Below are positions 1 through 16,120 of a stretch of 64,000 nt of DNA, one piece after another. The notes below the pieces were generated by a model that ran no database searches, had not been told where the DNA came from, and saw nothing but the letters and a program-made list of their open reading frames with translations. The DNA is from the human T2T-CHM13v2.0 reference genome, Homo sapiens. The stretch lies in assembly GCF_009914755.1 (NCBI RefSeq), contig NC_060926.1. One strand, 5' to 3'. The first letter of the stretch is position 1. The number at the start of each line of letters is the position of its first letter. A program made the translations under genes and the position numbers.

Positions 1-1213
1 TGTGGTCAATTTTAGAGTAAGTGCCATGTGGCACTGAGAAGAATGTATATTCTGTTATTTTGGGGTGAAGAGTTCTGTAGATATGTATTAGGTTAATTTG
101 ATCCAGAGCTGCATTCACATCCGGAATATCCTTGTTAAATTTTCTGTCTTGTTGAACTATCTAATATTGATAGTGGGGTGTTAAAGTCTCCCACTATTAT
201 TGTGTGGGAGTCTTTTAGTCTCTTTTTTGGGTGTCTAAGAACTTGTTTTGTGAATCTGGGTGCTCCTGTATGGGGTGCATATATATTTAGGTTATATATA
301 GTTATATAGTTAGCTATATATAGTTAGCTCTTCTTGTTGAATTGACTGCTTTACCATTATGTAATTCCTACTTTGTCTTTTCTGATCATTGTTGGTTTAA
401 AGGCTGTTTTGTCAGAGACTAGGATTGCAACCCTTGCTTTTTTCTCCTTTCCATTTGCTTGGTAAATTTTCCTCCATTCTCTTATTTTGAGTCTATGTGT
501 GTCTTTGCACATGAGATGGGTCTCTTGAATATGGCACACTGACGGGTCTTGACTCTTTATCCAATTCCTCTGAGCTAGTGGCGGGAAAGACTAAGTCTGC
601 TGGTCCATGGAGACTATGGCCACCGCTCCCTCTAGGGGCTCAGGCCCAGGGAGATCAGCGTTCTGTCCCTGAGCCCCTGGCTGGAGTTAGAATTCCTGCA
701 GGGAGACCCTGCAGCCACAATGTTGGCTGCTGTCCCTCCCCCAAGGAGCTCAGATGCCTTAGACCACAGGCAGCCACAGTAGTGTTGATGGCCACCCCTC
801 TCCCTGGGAACTCGGCAGGCTTAGGCCAATTCTAGCCGAGTAAGTGTTGAGAATCTGCATGGCTCTATGATTGGAGCTGAAGACCCTGGTGGTGTGGGCT
901 CCTGAGTGGGATCTTCCAATCTGTGGGTTGCACAGTTTCATGGAAAAAGCACTGTTTCCCAGGCTGGGTAGCGCACTCACTCACCACCTCCCTTGACTGG
1001 GAATGGGGGCTCCCCTACCCCCTGTGGCTTTCAGGAGAGCCACCGCACCACACTGTTCTTCCTTCCTCTCCATAGGTCATGCCAGCTGCCCAGTCAGTCC
1101 TAATGACAGAACCTGGATACCTCAGTTTCTGGTATAGGATTCGCATGCTGTTTTGGATATTTTTGATGGGAGCCTCTGATCATCATGGCTTCTAGTCGGC
1201 TATCTTGGCCCCC
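1..1213 (-). mobile_element. Older primate LINE-1 (L1P3 / about L1PA8-13 class): 5'UTR (about 567-1213) fused to the ORF2 endonuclease region (1-566); continues left of the window
   Basis: The minus strand starts GGGGCCAAGATAGCCGACTAGAAGC (L1 5' end with YY1-like site). ORF 357..539 reads IQETHLMCKDTHRLKI..WRKIYQANGK, which is the L1 ORF2 endonuclease. A-rich 5' flank fits an L1 target site. Confidence 0.88.
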
Positions 1214-1269
1214 ATGTTTTTTATTTTCTAGTGTTTTGTAACGTTTTCTCAGGCATTCGTAAGTGACCA

Positions 1270-1568
1270 CAGCTGGTCACATTTGAATCTAAGAATTCAT
1301 AATGGTGATGGGACATTTTTGCGGGATTTAAACCTGGAAGAATATCGTCCCTGGAGCTATAAGCTACTGTCTTTCAAGCATGTAGGGTTGGATAATGGAT
1401 TCAATACCAAGGAGGCAATGCCTGATAATTAAGAGAAAGATAAATTATTTGAACCCTGGAATGAGCCATATCTGAAAGCACTTTTCCATTACATAAACCA
1501 ATATATTTCATTTTTCTTAAACATGTTTGAAAGGTTTTTCATCACTCAAAACAGAAAGTGAAGATACA
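1270..1568 (+). mobile_element. Ancient MaLR LTR relic (MLT1J/K/L-like)
   Basis: The 3' end TTTGAACCCTGG..AGCCATATCTGAA..TTACATAAACCAATA..TCATCACT..GATACA resembles the MLT1 3' terminus; left boundary uncertain. Confidence 0.5.
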
Positions 1569-1894
1569 CATGCATCACTGTCATCTTGAACACAATGGAA
1601 GACAGAGCTTTGTGCTTTCTGATATAACAACCATATCCAATTATTTCCAATGTTGTTTCATACATGGCCCATGAGATCCTGAAGAAACCTTACATTTTCT
1701 TCATTGTATAGATTTCTTGTCACTGCCTCAGAAAAAACTTTTTATGTTCTGAGTAGTTTGTTTTCCATGGATAGCAGTCTCATAACCTTGTATTTCTTTT
1801 TCATGTTACACATAGATAAATGAGATATATAATAGATATGGATAAATTGATGAGATATATAATAGATAGATATACAATATGTTTTTTTAAATGT

Positions 1895-2043
1895 CTTTCT
1901 CACAAGACATTAAGCTCCATGAGGGGAGGCTTTGTGTATATCTTTATTTTCAGAGTTATATCCCTAGCACCTAGCCCAATGTCTAGCATAGAAAGAATAT
2001 TACTTGACTGAGGAAATACTGCTTGATGGAATAAATGAATGAT
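1895..2043 (+). mobile_element. L2 3' end fragment
   Basis: TAAGCTCCATGAGGG..ATCCCTAGCACCTAGC..GAATAAATGAATGA matches the typical L2 tail. Confidence 0.65.
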
Positions 2044-2094
2044 TAAATTCAAATAAACATGAAAACCCAAAATCATGTAGTACTACTATGCTAA

Positions 2095-2425
<331 letters not shown>

Positions 2426-2570
2426 CATATACATATCCATGTATACATATTTACATGTGTATGTGTGTATGTATATGTTTATATGTATGTGTATATATGT
2501 GTATGTACATGAGTATATATACATATTTGTGTATATATGTGTGCACACACACACATGCACATATACAGAT
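2426..2570. repeat. (TA/TG/CA)n low-complexity tract
   Basis: Directly visible. Confidence 0.85.
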
Positions 2571-2732
2571 ATTCAAGAATGCAGAGGGCAGATTTATTTA
2601 GGCCTGAGACTCATGTAACAGCCACAGGGTTAAGATCTCTTCCAAACCCCACTTGATCTTAGAGTGAGATAGTGAGTAGAGTACTTGACAGAGAAAGACC
2701 AATGCGTGCACTGAATGCAATTAGCAAATTTC

Positions 2733-2790
2733 TATTTTATTTTATTTTATTTTATTTTATTTTATTTTATTTTATTTTATTTTATTTTAT
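2733..2790. repeat. (TTTTA)n microsatellite
   Basis: Perfect pentanucleotide run. Confidence 0.95.
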
Positions 2791-2907
2791 GTTTTAGTGT
2801 TGTATTTCTTTACTAATTACACAAGAAAATGTTTAAATTAGCTTGGAATAATGTGTGATAAGAATAGCTAAACATTTGAGAGAAGAATGTCATTAAGATC
2901 CTAGGCT

Positions 2908-3041
2908 AAAAGGATTAATTTTTTTTACATCAAGAAATAACACTGAGCTTCTTGGTGAGTGTGGATAGCCTGGGAAAAGGATTACTTTTTTTAAAATCAG
3001 GAAATAACACTGACCTTCTTGGTGAATGTGGATGACATGGG
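2908..3041. repeat. 67-bp diverged tandem duplication (2 copies)
   Basis: AAAAGGATTA..GAAATAACACTGA(G/C)CTTCTTGGTGA(G/A)TGTGGAT..TGGG at 2908-2974 and 2975-3041. Confidence 0.85.
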
Positions 3042-3170
3042 AAAAGAGTTCCACAGAAAGAGAAATTATTTGCTAGAATGACAATTTAAACCCAGGGGAG
3101 TGGGAGTGGGAACACATCTTATCACTATTATAGTTAAATAAAATTCCTGGGATTTGCCAAATCAACCCCC

Positions 3171-3172
<2 letters not shown>

Positions 3173-3218
<46 letters not shown>

Positions 3219-3227
3219 ACATACACA
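3173..3227. repeat. (CA)n microsatellite
   Basis: Directly visible. Confidence 0.95.
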
Positions 3228-3918
3228 AGATTTTATTCTGATGTAGTCAAGAAAAAGTAGTCGAGACTTGCAGATAAGACAAAAGAGAGTACAGCATTGT
3301 TGTTCAATGACGCTCTGGAGCATTTTGTTAATAGGCTCATCTGAGATTATTAATTCCCTTGGAGAATGTACCTGTGTTTAACTTTGCTATTTGCTGCTTG
3401 ATTAGAACCCAGAATTTCTGAAGCTATATATTAACCTGGAGAATTTTTTCCCATAAAAAGTCCAGCCCAAAGTTTGTGGTGTTATTGGCCTGATGGACCT
3501 GAATAAGCTTTGAATTTTACCTCGACAACATGTTCATGTTTTAAATGTCCAAATAACTAGTTCCTGAAATATTTTTTGAACTAGGTTTGCCATTCTACTG
3601 GTTACATAATTAAGTGAGTTAACAAATAGGTGGTACATCTTCATTCCATATTTGTATAACTTTGTGTTTGGTTTTTTTGAAAATTATCTTTCCAAAGAGT
3701 CTGTGCTCATTGTTATTTATCTAGCATGACAGTTTTGAGAAATAGTGAAGCTATTAGTAAATGTGTTTTGGAATTATCATTTTTCATTAACTAAATGACA
3801 AAAAGTATTTTATTTTTTGATAGCTAGAGCACTTTTTGTCTTTAGGTTGAGTGGATCTTATAAACTGGTTCTTCCATGTAACAGGGGGTCTCTCTTCTCA
3901 CTGAAAATAGGTAAATTG

Positions 3919-4943
3919 GGGGTGGAGCCAAGATGGCCAAATAGGAACAGCTCCAGTCTAGGGCTCCCAGCGTGAGCGACACAGAAGATGGGTGATTTCT
4001 GCATTTCCAACTGAGGTCCCAGGTTCATCTCACTGGGGAGTGTCGGACAGTGGGTGCAGGACATTGGGTGCGGCACACCGAGTGTGAGCCGAAGCAGGAT
4101 GAGGCATCGCCTCATCCAGGAAGTGCAAGGGGTCAGGGAATTCGCTTTCCTAGTCAAAGAAAGGGGTGACAGATGGCACCTGGAAAATCAGGTCACTCCC
4201 ACCCTAATACTGCGCTTTTCCAATGGTCTTAGCAAATGGCACACCAGGAGATTATATCCCGCGCATGGCTTGGAGGGTCCTACGCCCATGAAGCCTTGCT
4301 CATTGCTAGCATGGCAGTCTGAGATCATACTGCAAGGCGGCAGTGAGGCTGGGGGAGGGGCGCCCACCATTGCCGAGGCTTGAGTAGGTAAACAAAGCAG
4401 CCAGGAAGCTTGAACTGGGTGGAACCCACCGCAGCTCAAGGAGGCCTGCCTGCCTCTGTAGACTCCACCTCTGGGGGCAGGGTATAGCCAAACAAAAGGC
4501 AGCAGAAACCTCTGCAGATTAAATGTACCTGTCTGACAGCTTTGAAGAGTGTAGTGGTTCTCCCAGCATGCAGCTTGAGATCTGAGAACGGACAGACTGC
4601 CTCCTCAAGTGGGTCCCTGACCCCTGAGTAGCCTAACTGGAAGGCACCCCCCAGTAGGGGTAGACTGACACCTCACACGACCAGGTACTCCTCTCAAACA
4701 AAACTTCCAGAGGAACAATCAGGCAGCAACATTTGCTATTCACCACTATCCACTGCTCTGCAGCCTCCGCTGCTGATACCCAAGCAAACAGGGTCTGGAG
4801 TGGACCTCCAGAAAACTCCAACAGACCTGCAGCTGAGGGCCTGACTGTTAGAAGGAAAACTAAGAAACAGAAAGGACATCCACACCAAAACCCCATCTGT
4901 ACATCACCATCATCAAAGACCAAAGGTAGATAAAACCACAAAG
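3919..4943 (+). promoter_or_regulatory. L1 5'UTR internal sense promoter (YY1 site CAAGATGGCC at 3929-3938), antisense promoter region and the ~129-bp ZNF93-target segment (about 4692-4819)
   Basis: 1025-bp UTR, longer than the ~900-bp L1HS UTR, with an extra segment between GGTACTCC and AACAGACCTGCAG. Many CpGs have decayed. Confidence 0.75.
4188..4370 (-). CDS. ORF0: L1 antisense ORF0, truncated to 60 aa
   Basis: MVGAPPPASLPPCSMISDCHASNEQGFMGVGPSKPCAGYNLLV..RSIRVGVT* is homologous to primate L1 ORF0; expression not shown. Confidence 0.55.
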   Translation of the reverse strand: MVGAPPPASLPPCSMISDCHASNEQGFMGVGPSKPCAGYNLLVCHLLRPLEKRSIRVGVT

Positions 4944-5950
4944 ATGGGGAAAAAACAGAGCAGAAAAACTGGAAACTCTAAAATACAGAGCACCTCCCCT
5001 CCTCCAAAGGAATGCAGCTCCTCACCAGCAATGGAAAAAAGCTGGACAGAGAATGACTTTGACGAGTTGAGAGAAGAAGGCTTCAGACAATCAAACTAAT
5101 CCAAGCTAAAGGAGGAAGTTCAAACCCATGGCAAAGAAGTTAAAAACCTTGAAAAAAAATTAGACGAATGGCTTACTAGAATAACCAATGCAGAGAAGTC
5201 CTTAAAGGACCTGATGGAGCTGAAAACCACGGCACGAGATCTATGTGAAGAATGCAGAAGCCTCAGTAGCTGATTGGATCAACTGGAAGAAAGGGTATCA
5301 GTGATGAAAGATCAAATGGATGAAATGAAGTGAGAAGAGAAGTTTACAGAAAAAAGAAACAAACAAAGCCTCCAAGAAATATGGGACTATGTGAAAAGAC
5401 CAAATCTACATCTGAATGGTGTACCTGAAAGTGACAGGGAGAATGGAACCAAGTTGGAAAACACTCTGTAGGATATCATCCGGAGAACTTCCCCAATCTA
5501 GCAAGGCAGGCCAACATTCAAATTCAGGAAATACAGAGAATACCACAAAGATTCTCCTCGAGAAGAGCAACTCCAAGACACATAATTGTCAGATTCACCA
5601 AAGTTGAAATGAAAGAAAAAATGTTAAGGGCAGCCAGAGAGAAAGGTCGGGATACACACAAAGGGAAGCCCATCAGACTAACAGCTGATCTCTCGGCAGA
5701 AACTCTACAAGCCAGAAGAGAGTGGGGGCCAATATTCAACATTCTTAAAGAAAAGAATTTTCAACCCAGAATTTCATATCCAGCCAAACTAAGCTTCATA
5801 AGTGAAGGAGAAATAAAATCCTTTACAGACAAGCAAATGCTGAGAGATTTTGTCACCACCAGGCCTGCCCTAAAAGAGCTCCTGAAGGAAGCACTAAACA
5901 CGGAAAGGAACAACCAGTACCAGCCACTGCAAAAACATGACAAATTGTAA
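4944..5950 (+). pseudogene. ORF1: L1 ORF1p (RNA-binding chaperone), disrupted
   Basis: ATG GGG AAA AAA CAG start; premature TAA at 5097-5099; C-terminal piece KEKMLRAAREKG..YPAKLSF intact in ORF 5609..5950. Confidence 0.92.
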
Positions 5951-6013
5951 AGACCATCGAGGCTAGGAAGAAACTGCATCAACTAACGAGCAAAATAACC
6001 AGCTAACATCATG

Positions 6014-9833
<3,820 letters not shown>

Positions 9834-11089
9834 ACAATGAGAACACATGGACACAGGAAGGGGAACATCACACACCGGGGCCTGTTGTGCAGTTGGGGGA
9901 GTGGGGAGGGATAGCATTAGGAGATATACCTAATGCTAAATGACGAAATAATGGGTGCAGCACACCAACATGGCACATGCATACATATGAAACAAACCTG
10001 CACGTTGTGCACATACATGTACCCTAAAACTTAAAGTATAATAAAAAAATAGGTAAATTGCTCAATCAGTGTCTATACATTTGACACTCACATAATAGGA
10101 TTCAGCACATCATATAATCCTAATCACCCTCAGATACAGGCTGTGGGTGTTGGAAACTTCAAATGTTGGCCATTCTTGGCCTTTCTTTTTTCCACTTTGG
10201 TATTCTTTTTCAACTTTTAAAAGATCAGAAACCAGTAGGCAGCTCAAGGAAGTGACTTAGTAAGCGTTTGGAACCTCTTATTTCTAGATGTTATGGAAGC
10301 AATGTGAAATGTGACAGGGTCGCCAACATGGGTGAGTTGTTCCCAAGGCAGGAGGCCCAAGGGGGTGGTATTAAAAATGTCTTCTAAAGCCCTCTTTCTG
10401 GCGCCTCTGTCCCTGCAAAGCCAGTACACCATCTGGCATTTAGGCACTGTGCCATTTTAACAGATGGGACTGAGTATTGAAGGCTCTCAGACTATGTACT
10501 ACTATCAACTGTGGTGTTGGAACAGACATTTCAGTAGAAATACCCAACCAATTCTTTTTCACCTCATCTTTTAATTCTGCAGTAAAAGAAGATGATATTT
10601 CTTCCTTAGAGTGAGGAAAAGACAAGAAAGACCTTTCTCTTGGTGTCTGGCGCTATCAGAATATGAGCTGATGCCAAATTTTGCACATGCTACATTATTC
10701 ACATAGCTTTAACAAACTGACTCTTCCTTTAAAAAAAAAAAGGAAACAGTTATTCCTTTCGAAACAGTTTACGACAGCCTAGATTTTACCCTTATAACTT
10801 TGTAGATGTATGGAAGCTTTTGGATGTGAATTAGAAACAAAACAGATTGAGTCGTATTTTTCCCTTTTGGATGTTCTAGAAAGTACTGAAAGGGAAAAAC
10901 CTATCAATCATCTGCCAGTGGAAAAATTTATATTGGACACTTAATTTAGGCATATTGATACATTATGATTCAAAGGACTAAATTACACAACTCTTTCCCT
11001 CAAGAAACAAGTTTGCTGGAGAAATAAAGTATATAACTAAAATGACAATATTTCTTCTTTCATTGGAAAAATATTGAAACTTTTCTTTG

Positions 11090-11410
11090 GTATAGAATAT
11101 TTGGAAAATACAGAAATGTGGAAGAAAAAAATCATTCATAGCCTCATCACACAAAAGCAATTTCTACTAATACTTTGGGGGTATTAATCTCCAGGGTATA
11201 TGTCTTTGTTTTTGTTTCAGTTTCAATGCATGCTCTTTCAGTATGCTTCATGTATTTACGGTCTATTTATGGTATATATCCAGATTTGTATAATACTCTT
11301 TCTTAATATGCTATATTGCAAGTATATCTCCATGTTATAATAAATACTTTGTTAACATTATTTTAAAAACTGTATAAAGAGTAGATTAATTTAATGTACC
11401 ATAGTTATTA
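11090..11410 (-). mobile_element. Ancient L1M (L1ME-like) 3' fragment
   Basis: AAAATCATTCATAGCCTCATCACACAAAAGCAA..TGTACCATAGTTATT resembles the antisense L1ME 3' end; highly diverged. Confidence 0.45.
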
Positions 11411-13309
11411 AGTGTACATTTTGTTTCAGGTAGTAATATATAAGGCATTTATATCCACAAATCTTTCCTTAACATTCAAAACTACCAACCCGGGTACACA
11501 TTTTAATTTCAATTTAATTGACAAGGCAACTAAGAGAGCCAGTAGTGAGTAAAATTCGAGGTCTACAAAGTTTGCCTTTTGACTTGTAATACAGTTCTCA
11601 TTCCACCACACAACCCTGACTCCTTTAGATTGGATATGTTCAAAGGAAAGAATGTTTATTATTTATCTTCCTTCAAAAATGAGTAGTATAGTTTAATCAT
11701 GAGCAAACATTTACTCCAGTGGGTTCTGATGACACTCCTACTTCTCTGTGTGAAGCCCCAGTCTTCTATCTCCCTAAAGATCCTTCTTTAAGTCTTCTAA
11801 GTCCTATCCTATGTCCAGGGGTTACTCCTGATGAAGGGAAGGAAGAATTATCAGTGGCAACAAGTAGTTTGCACCCTGGTTGAGGAGCTCTCTGCAGAAT
11901 GGAATCATAACTATACTCTGGCAAATTAGTCTATCTTCCCACTTGGTGATTTGGAAATATAAATGTATTACGAGAGCAAGAAATTTATAATGATGAGGAT
12001 TCTGAATGTATCAAGTCAGAGTACATTTTCTGTACTTCAAGTTTTTCAAAAAACCAAATCAGAAAAATGCATTTATTAGTTTTGTTGTCATATTTTAATA
12101 TGTGTTTTTCATGTACATGACTCATCTTCCCACCTCATTTTAACATCTTTGAAGTACAGAATCAGATCTCAGTTTCCTAAATATAGGAATCACTACAAAA
12201 TTCCCATATAATGGCATGCATTATTTACATGTTATAAACTACTTTTCTCTGGACAAAAAGGCAGATAAAATGTTGCACCACTAAATTATTCAGATATTGT
12301 TCTGGCCATGTTTGTACTCCTGAAAATTCATCAGGATGCATAAATATTCACACATCTTTTTATGAAGAAGTATTACAGATTATGTATATTTGTAGTAATG
12401 TATCATTTTTTTTCTACTATATGGGATTTACACTGTCCTTGAATATCTCATAGCAAAAGTCTGGTATTTTGATAATACTCAGAAGGCCAGCTGTCATGGC
12501 TTTGCCACATTATTTTATTTGAGGCCATTTTATGTGTATTGATATTTCAGAGACCAACCTGTTGAAAAGTAGTATTGGTGCTAGAATATTACTACACCAA
12601 AACCTATCTTGGTAGAAAATAATTCTGCAAATAAAATATATATTTGGATCTTTTCTTTCAGTTATAGAAATTATATGAACCAAAAAAATATGTGAGTAAT
12701 TACTGATGGATCAGAGATTCTGGTTGGGAATGTAATGAAATAAAGAATTACTCATTTCTCAAGTGGGATAAGTTTATAGTGGCTATTACTCTTCCATGAC
12801 AAAAATAGCCACAAGCTTCAATTTTTAATGACCTTGACGGAATAGCTCCCTATGGTTCAATTTTAAAAATTTACCGAAAATACATTTTTGCTAGTGGAAA
12901 AGATTATCACTCATATTCTTGCTATTGCAAGCAAAATTTAAAACGTAGGTTTTATTCTAAATGATTCAAAATATTGACATAAAAAATTACAAGAAAACAC
13001 AGCAGAGTCTTCTTCAAGAAGAGATGAAGAGCCAAAATGCTAGTAAAGAAAGATATGCACACACACCATCTCTCTGGCAAAATGAAATTCTTTCTTAGCT
13101 CTACACCCAGTGTCATTGATGCGTGCAGAAAAATCAAGCAAGGGACTTGCTTGAATAATAGTGCATCTTCTGTTGCAGGGTTGTTACAGTTCTCTCATCT
13201 AGTACTTATTCATATGGATCTTATATAAAAACTTGTTTAGTCACATTTAAAAACGCTATCATTGATTTCTATGGTCTGTAGTGAAAGCTCTGAGCATTTT
13301 CTTCAAATG

Positions 13310-13800
13310 TCACTTGAGAACTTCTAAAAATCTCTTGCACGTCTATACTCCATCACATGTACAAAAATCTTCACAGTTCATGATAGATAAACAGGCAAGT
13401 AACCACAGAAAAATTTTTAATCCCAAACTGACAACAACTGCAAAATACGTTTACAATGAAAACAGAAAAAATAAAATAATGGTATATTCATTTCAAAGAA
13501 AACTGCACTTCGGTGAAAAGCAATGACCTACATTATACACATTGACATGGATAAATCTCAAAAGCTTTTATTTCCTAAAAAATATGAATGGATTCGTATA
13601 AACTTAGAAAATAGTAATACTTAACAAGTGGTAAAAATATAAATAGAAATATGAAATAATTAACTCAAACAGGTTTTTGGTTAGGTTAAATGCAATCTTA
13701 TTTTTTTAAAACGTTCTGTTAGGAGATCATATGAGTTTTTTTATTATTACTTATTCTACATAAATTTTATAGAACTTCTGTATGTATGATACTTTCAGAA
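13310..13800 (+). mobile_element. Ancient L1M (L1ME-like) ORF2 end / 3'UTR fragment
   Basis: AATAATGGTATATTCAT..ACATGGATAAATCTCA matches the L1M ORF2 terminus. Confidence 0.5.
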
Positions 13801-13914
13801 TAAGCAAACATTTCAAAGTCTTATTTAAAATAAGTTACAAAAAATGCTTTACTACAATAATATTATTTAGAATAATAAATAATATAAGGGCATACGAATC
13901 ATGAGAAATTCTCC

Positions 13915-14080
13915 AGAGAGCTAGACTTCGGACCCAGGTTGAAATTCCACTGCTGCCACTGACAATAAGAGCTTTGGACAAATTATTTAAATTCACTAAA
14001 GGCAGTGTTATTATATTTAACCTAAGGATAATTCACAGCCATTGCTTTATGATAGAATTGTTGTAGGTTCAAATGAGCTC
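13915..14080 (+). mobile_element. MIR
   Basis: CCAGGTTGAAATTCCACTGCTGCCACT..TTGGACAAATTATTTAA..TTGTTGTAGGTTCAAATGAG, MIR core. Confidence 0.55.
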
Positions 14081-14519
14081 TAGAAAAAATAGGTTAATAT
14101 GCAGTTCAAATTTAGAGTTTAAAAAAATTTAAATTCATAAATGTTAAGAGAATACGGATTATACAGTCACATTCTATAACATTGAAAACAATGTTTTTTG
14201 AAAACTTGGAAACATCTTCAAATCTAAGTCACAATATGCCATGAATTTTTCAGTTGTCACATTTATTTCTAACATTCTGAAGTGTCAAATGCCATTAAGT
14301 CTTTGACTATTGATGAATAAAAAATAGCTTTCCACTTTAATATCAATTATAAAACTCAGGGAAAAGCAGAAGTTCCAGAATTACAGCTGATCAATATACC
14401 CAATGGCTGTTTTGCTGAAAATCAATTTCCTGAAAATGTCTTTACTGAGGGTTCAATATTCAAAATAGTGAATTCATGAATTGACAAAATATTCCAACTT
14501 GCCAACAATGTAGCTTTAC

Positions 14520-15520
14520 CTGATGTACTTCTTCTGTTCCAGAATCCCACCTAGGATACGTGACACTTAGCTATTATGTCTCCTTATGCTCTTCTTGGAT
14601 GTGACAGTTTCTCAAACTTGCCTTGCTTTTGATGGGTATAAGAGTTTTGAACAGTTCCAGTCAGGAATATATTATAGAATGTTTCTCAAAGGGGATTTGT
14701 TTGATGTTTGTCCCATGATTAGACTGGTGTTAGGAGGAGGACCACAGAGGTAAAGGGCCATTTCCAACACATCACTTCGAGGATACACACTAGCAACATA
14801 ACATTACTGTTGATGTTGACCTGTCAGGTTTCTGACCTGTCAGATTGTAAAATCACTTTTTCTCCTGGTCTCATACTGCACCCTTTGGAAAGAAGTTACT
14901 ATATGCAGCCCACTCTTAATGAGTTGGGAGATTGCTCCACTTCCTTGATAGAAAACTCTCTACATATCATAAATTATTTAAAATTATTTTGCATTCTTAA
15001 TTTTTTGTATTTTGTATTCTTTTGAAGTTTGCCTTTTTCAGGATTCCATGTAACCAGAATTATATAGTATGTAACCTTTTCTACTTAGCAATGTACATTT
15101 AAGATTCAACCATGTCTTTTTGTGGCCTGATAGCTCATTTATTTTTATCTTTTGTGACACAGTTTATTGACAGCTCATTTCTTTTTATGTTTTGTGACAG
15201 AATATATGTATCTATTCACCTACTAAAATATTCCTTTATAAACAAAGATTCTATAAACATTCACATATGGAATTTTGTTGACATAAGCTTGTAAGGTTTC
15301 AAATTAGCTGGATAAATGCCTAATAGAACAATTGTATCAAATGGTGAGATCATGTTTAGCTTTGTAAGAAAATGCCAATTTGTCTTCCAAAGTGACTATG
15401 CCATTTTGCATTCTCACCAGCAATAAATTAGTTTCTGTTGCTATACATCTTCATCAGCAATTAGTATTGCCAGTTGATTTTTTTTTTAATTTAGCCATTA
15501 TAGTAGGCATATAGGGGTAT
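14520..15520 (-). mobile_element. L1MC/L1MD-type 3' region
   Basis: CCAGAATCCCACCTAGGATAC..GTGACAGTTTCTCAAACTT..ACCACAGAGGTAAAG..CTTTGGAAAGAAGTTACTATATGCAGCCCAC, followed by the antisense ORF2 end (CCAAAGTGACTATGCCATTTTGCATTCTCACCAGCAAT). Confidence 0.7.
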
Positions 15521-15524
15521 GTAA

Positions 15525-15620
15525 AGGACAATTTGGAACTTGTTTCAAAAATTGAAAATGTGAATACCATCTGAAAAGCAATTACATAGCCACCAATGTA
15601 TGTAGTACATATGCTTGCAA
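15525..15620 (+). mobile_element. L1ME-like fragment (left half, split by Tigger3b)
   Basis: GGACAATTTGG..CAAAAATTGAAAATGTGAATACC..AGCAATT resembles the L1ME ORF2 end and appears to resume at about 23130. Confidence 0.4.
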
Positions 15621-15675
15621 ATAGATAGATGATAGACAGATAGATAGATAGATGATAGATAGATGAATTGATAGG
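15620..15675. repeat. (GATA)n microsatellite, imperfect
   Basis: Directly visible. Confidence 0.8.
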
Positions 15676-15702
15676 TTTATTATTGATATCTGTATCTATA
15701 AA

Positions 15703-16120
15703 TAGTTATGAGCTGCATAACAATGTTTTGGTCAATGATTGATCACATATAAGATGATAATCTCATGACATTATGATGAAGCTGAAAAATTCCTATTGCC
15801 TAGTGACATTGGGCCATTATAATACCCAAGTACAGCACATTACTCATCTCTTTGTGGTGATGTTGGTGTAAACAAACCTACTTTGCTGCCAGGAGTATAA
15901 AACGATAGCACATAAAATTATGAACAGTACATAATACTTGATAATAGTAATAAACAACTATGTTAATGGTTATGTATTTAATATACTACACATTTCATCA
16001 TTATCTTAAAGTGTACACATTCTACTTATAAAATAATGTTAACTATAAAATAGCCTCAAGCAGGTCCTTCTGAAGGTATTCCAAAAGAAGGCATTACTAT
16101 CATAATGGATGACAGCTTCA
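15703..16120. mobile_element. Tigger3b (MER7/Golem family) non-autonomous DNA transposon, left part
   Basis: TIR-like TAGTTATGAGCTGCATAACAATGTTTTGGTCAATGA; internal GCTGAAAAATTCCTATTGCCTAGTGAC; interrupted by L1 at 16121. Confidence 0.85.

Noticed and set aside
10244-10625. Adjacent minus-strand ORFs and a 44-nt exon-like unit (10288-10331) in unique DNA
   Set aside because: No recognisable protein similarity, and the lengths are within chance expectation.
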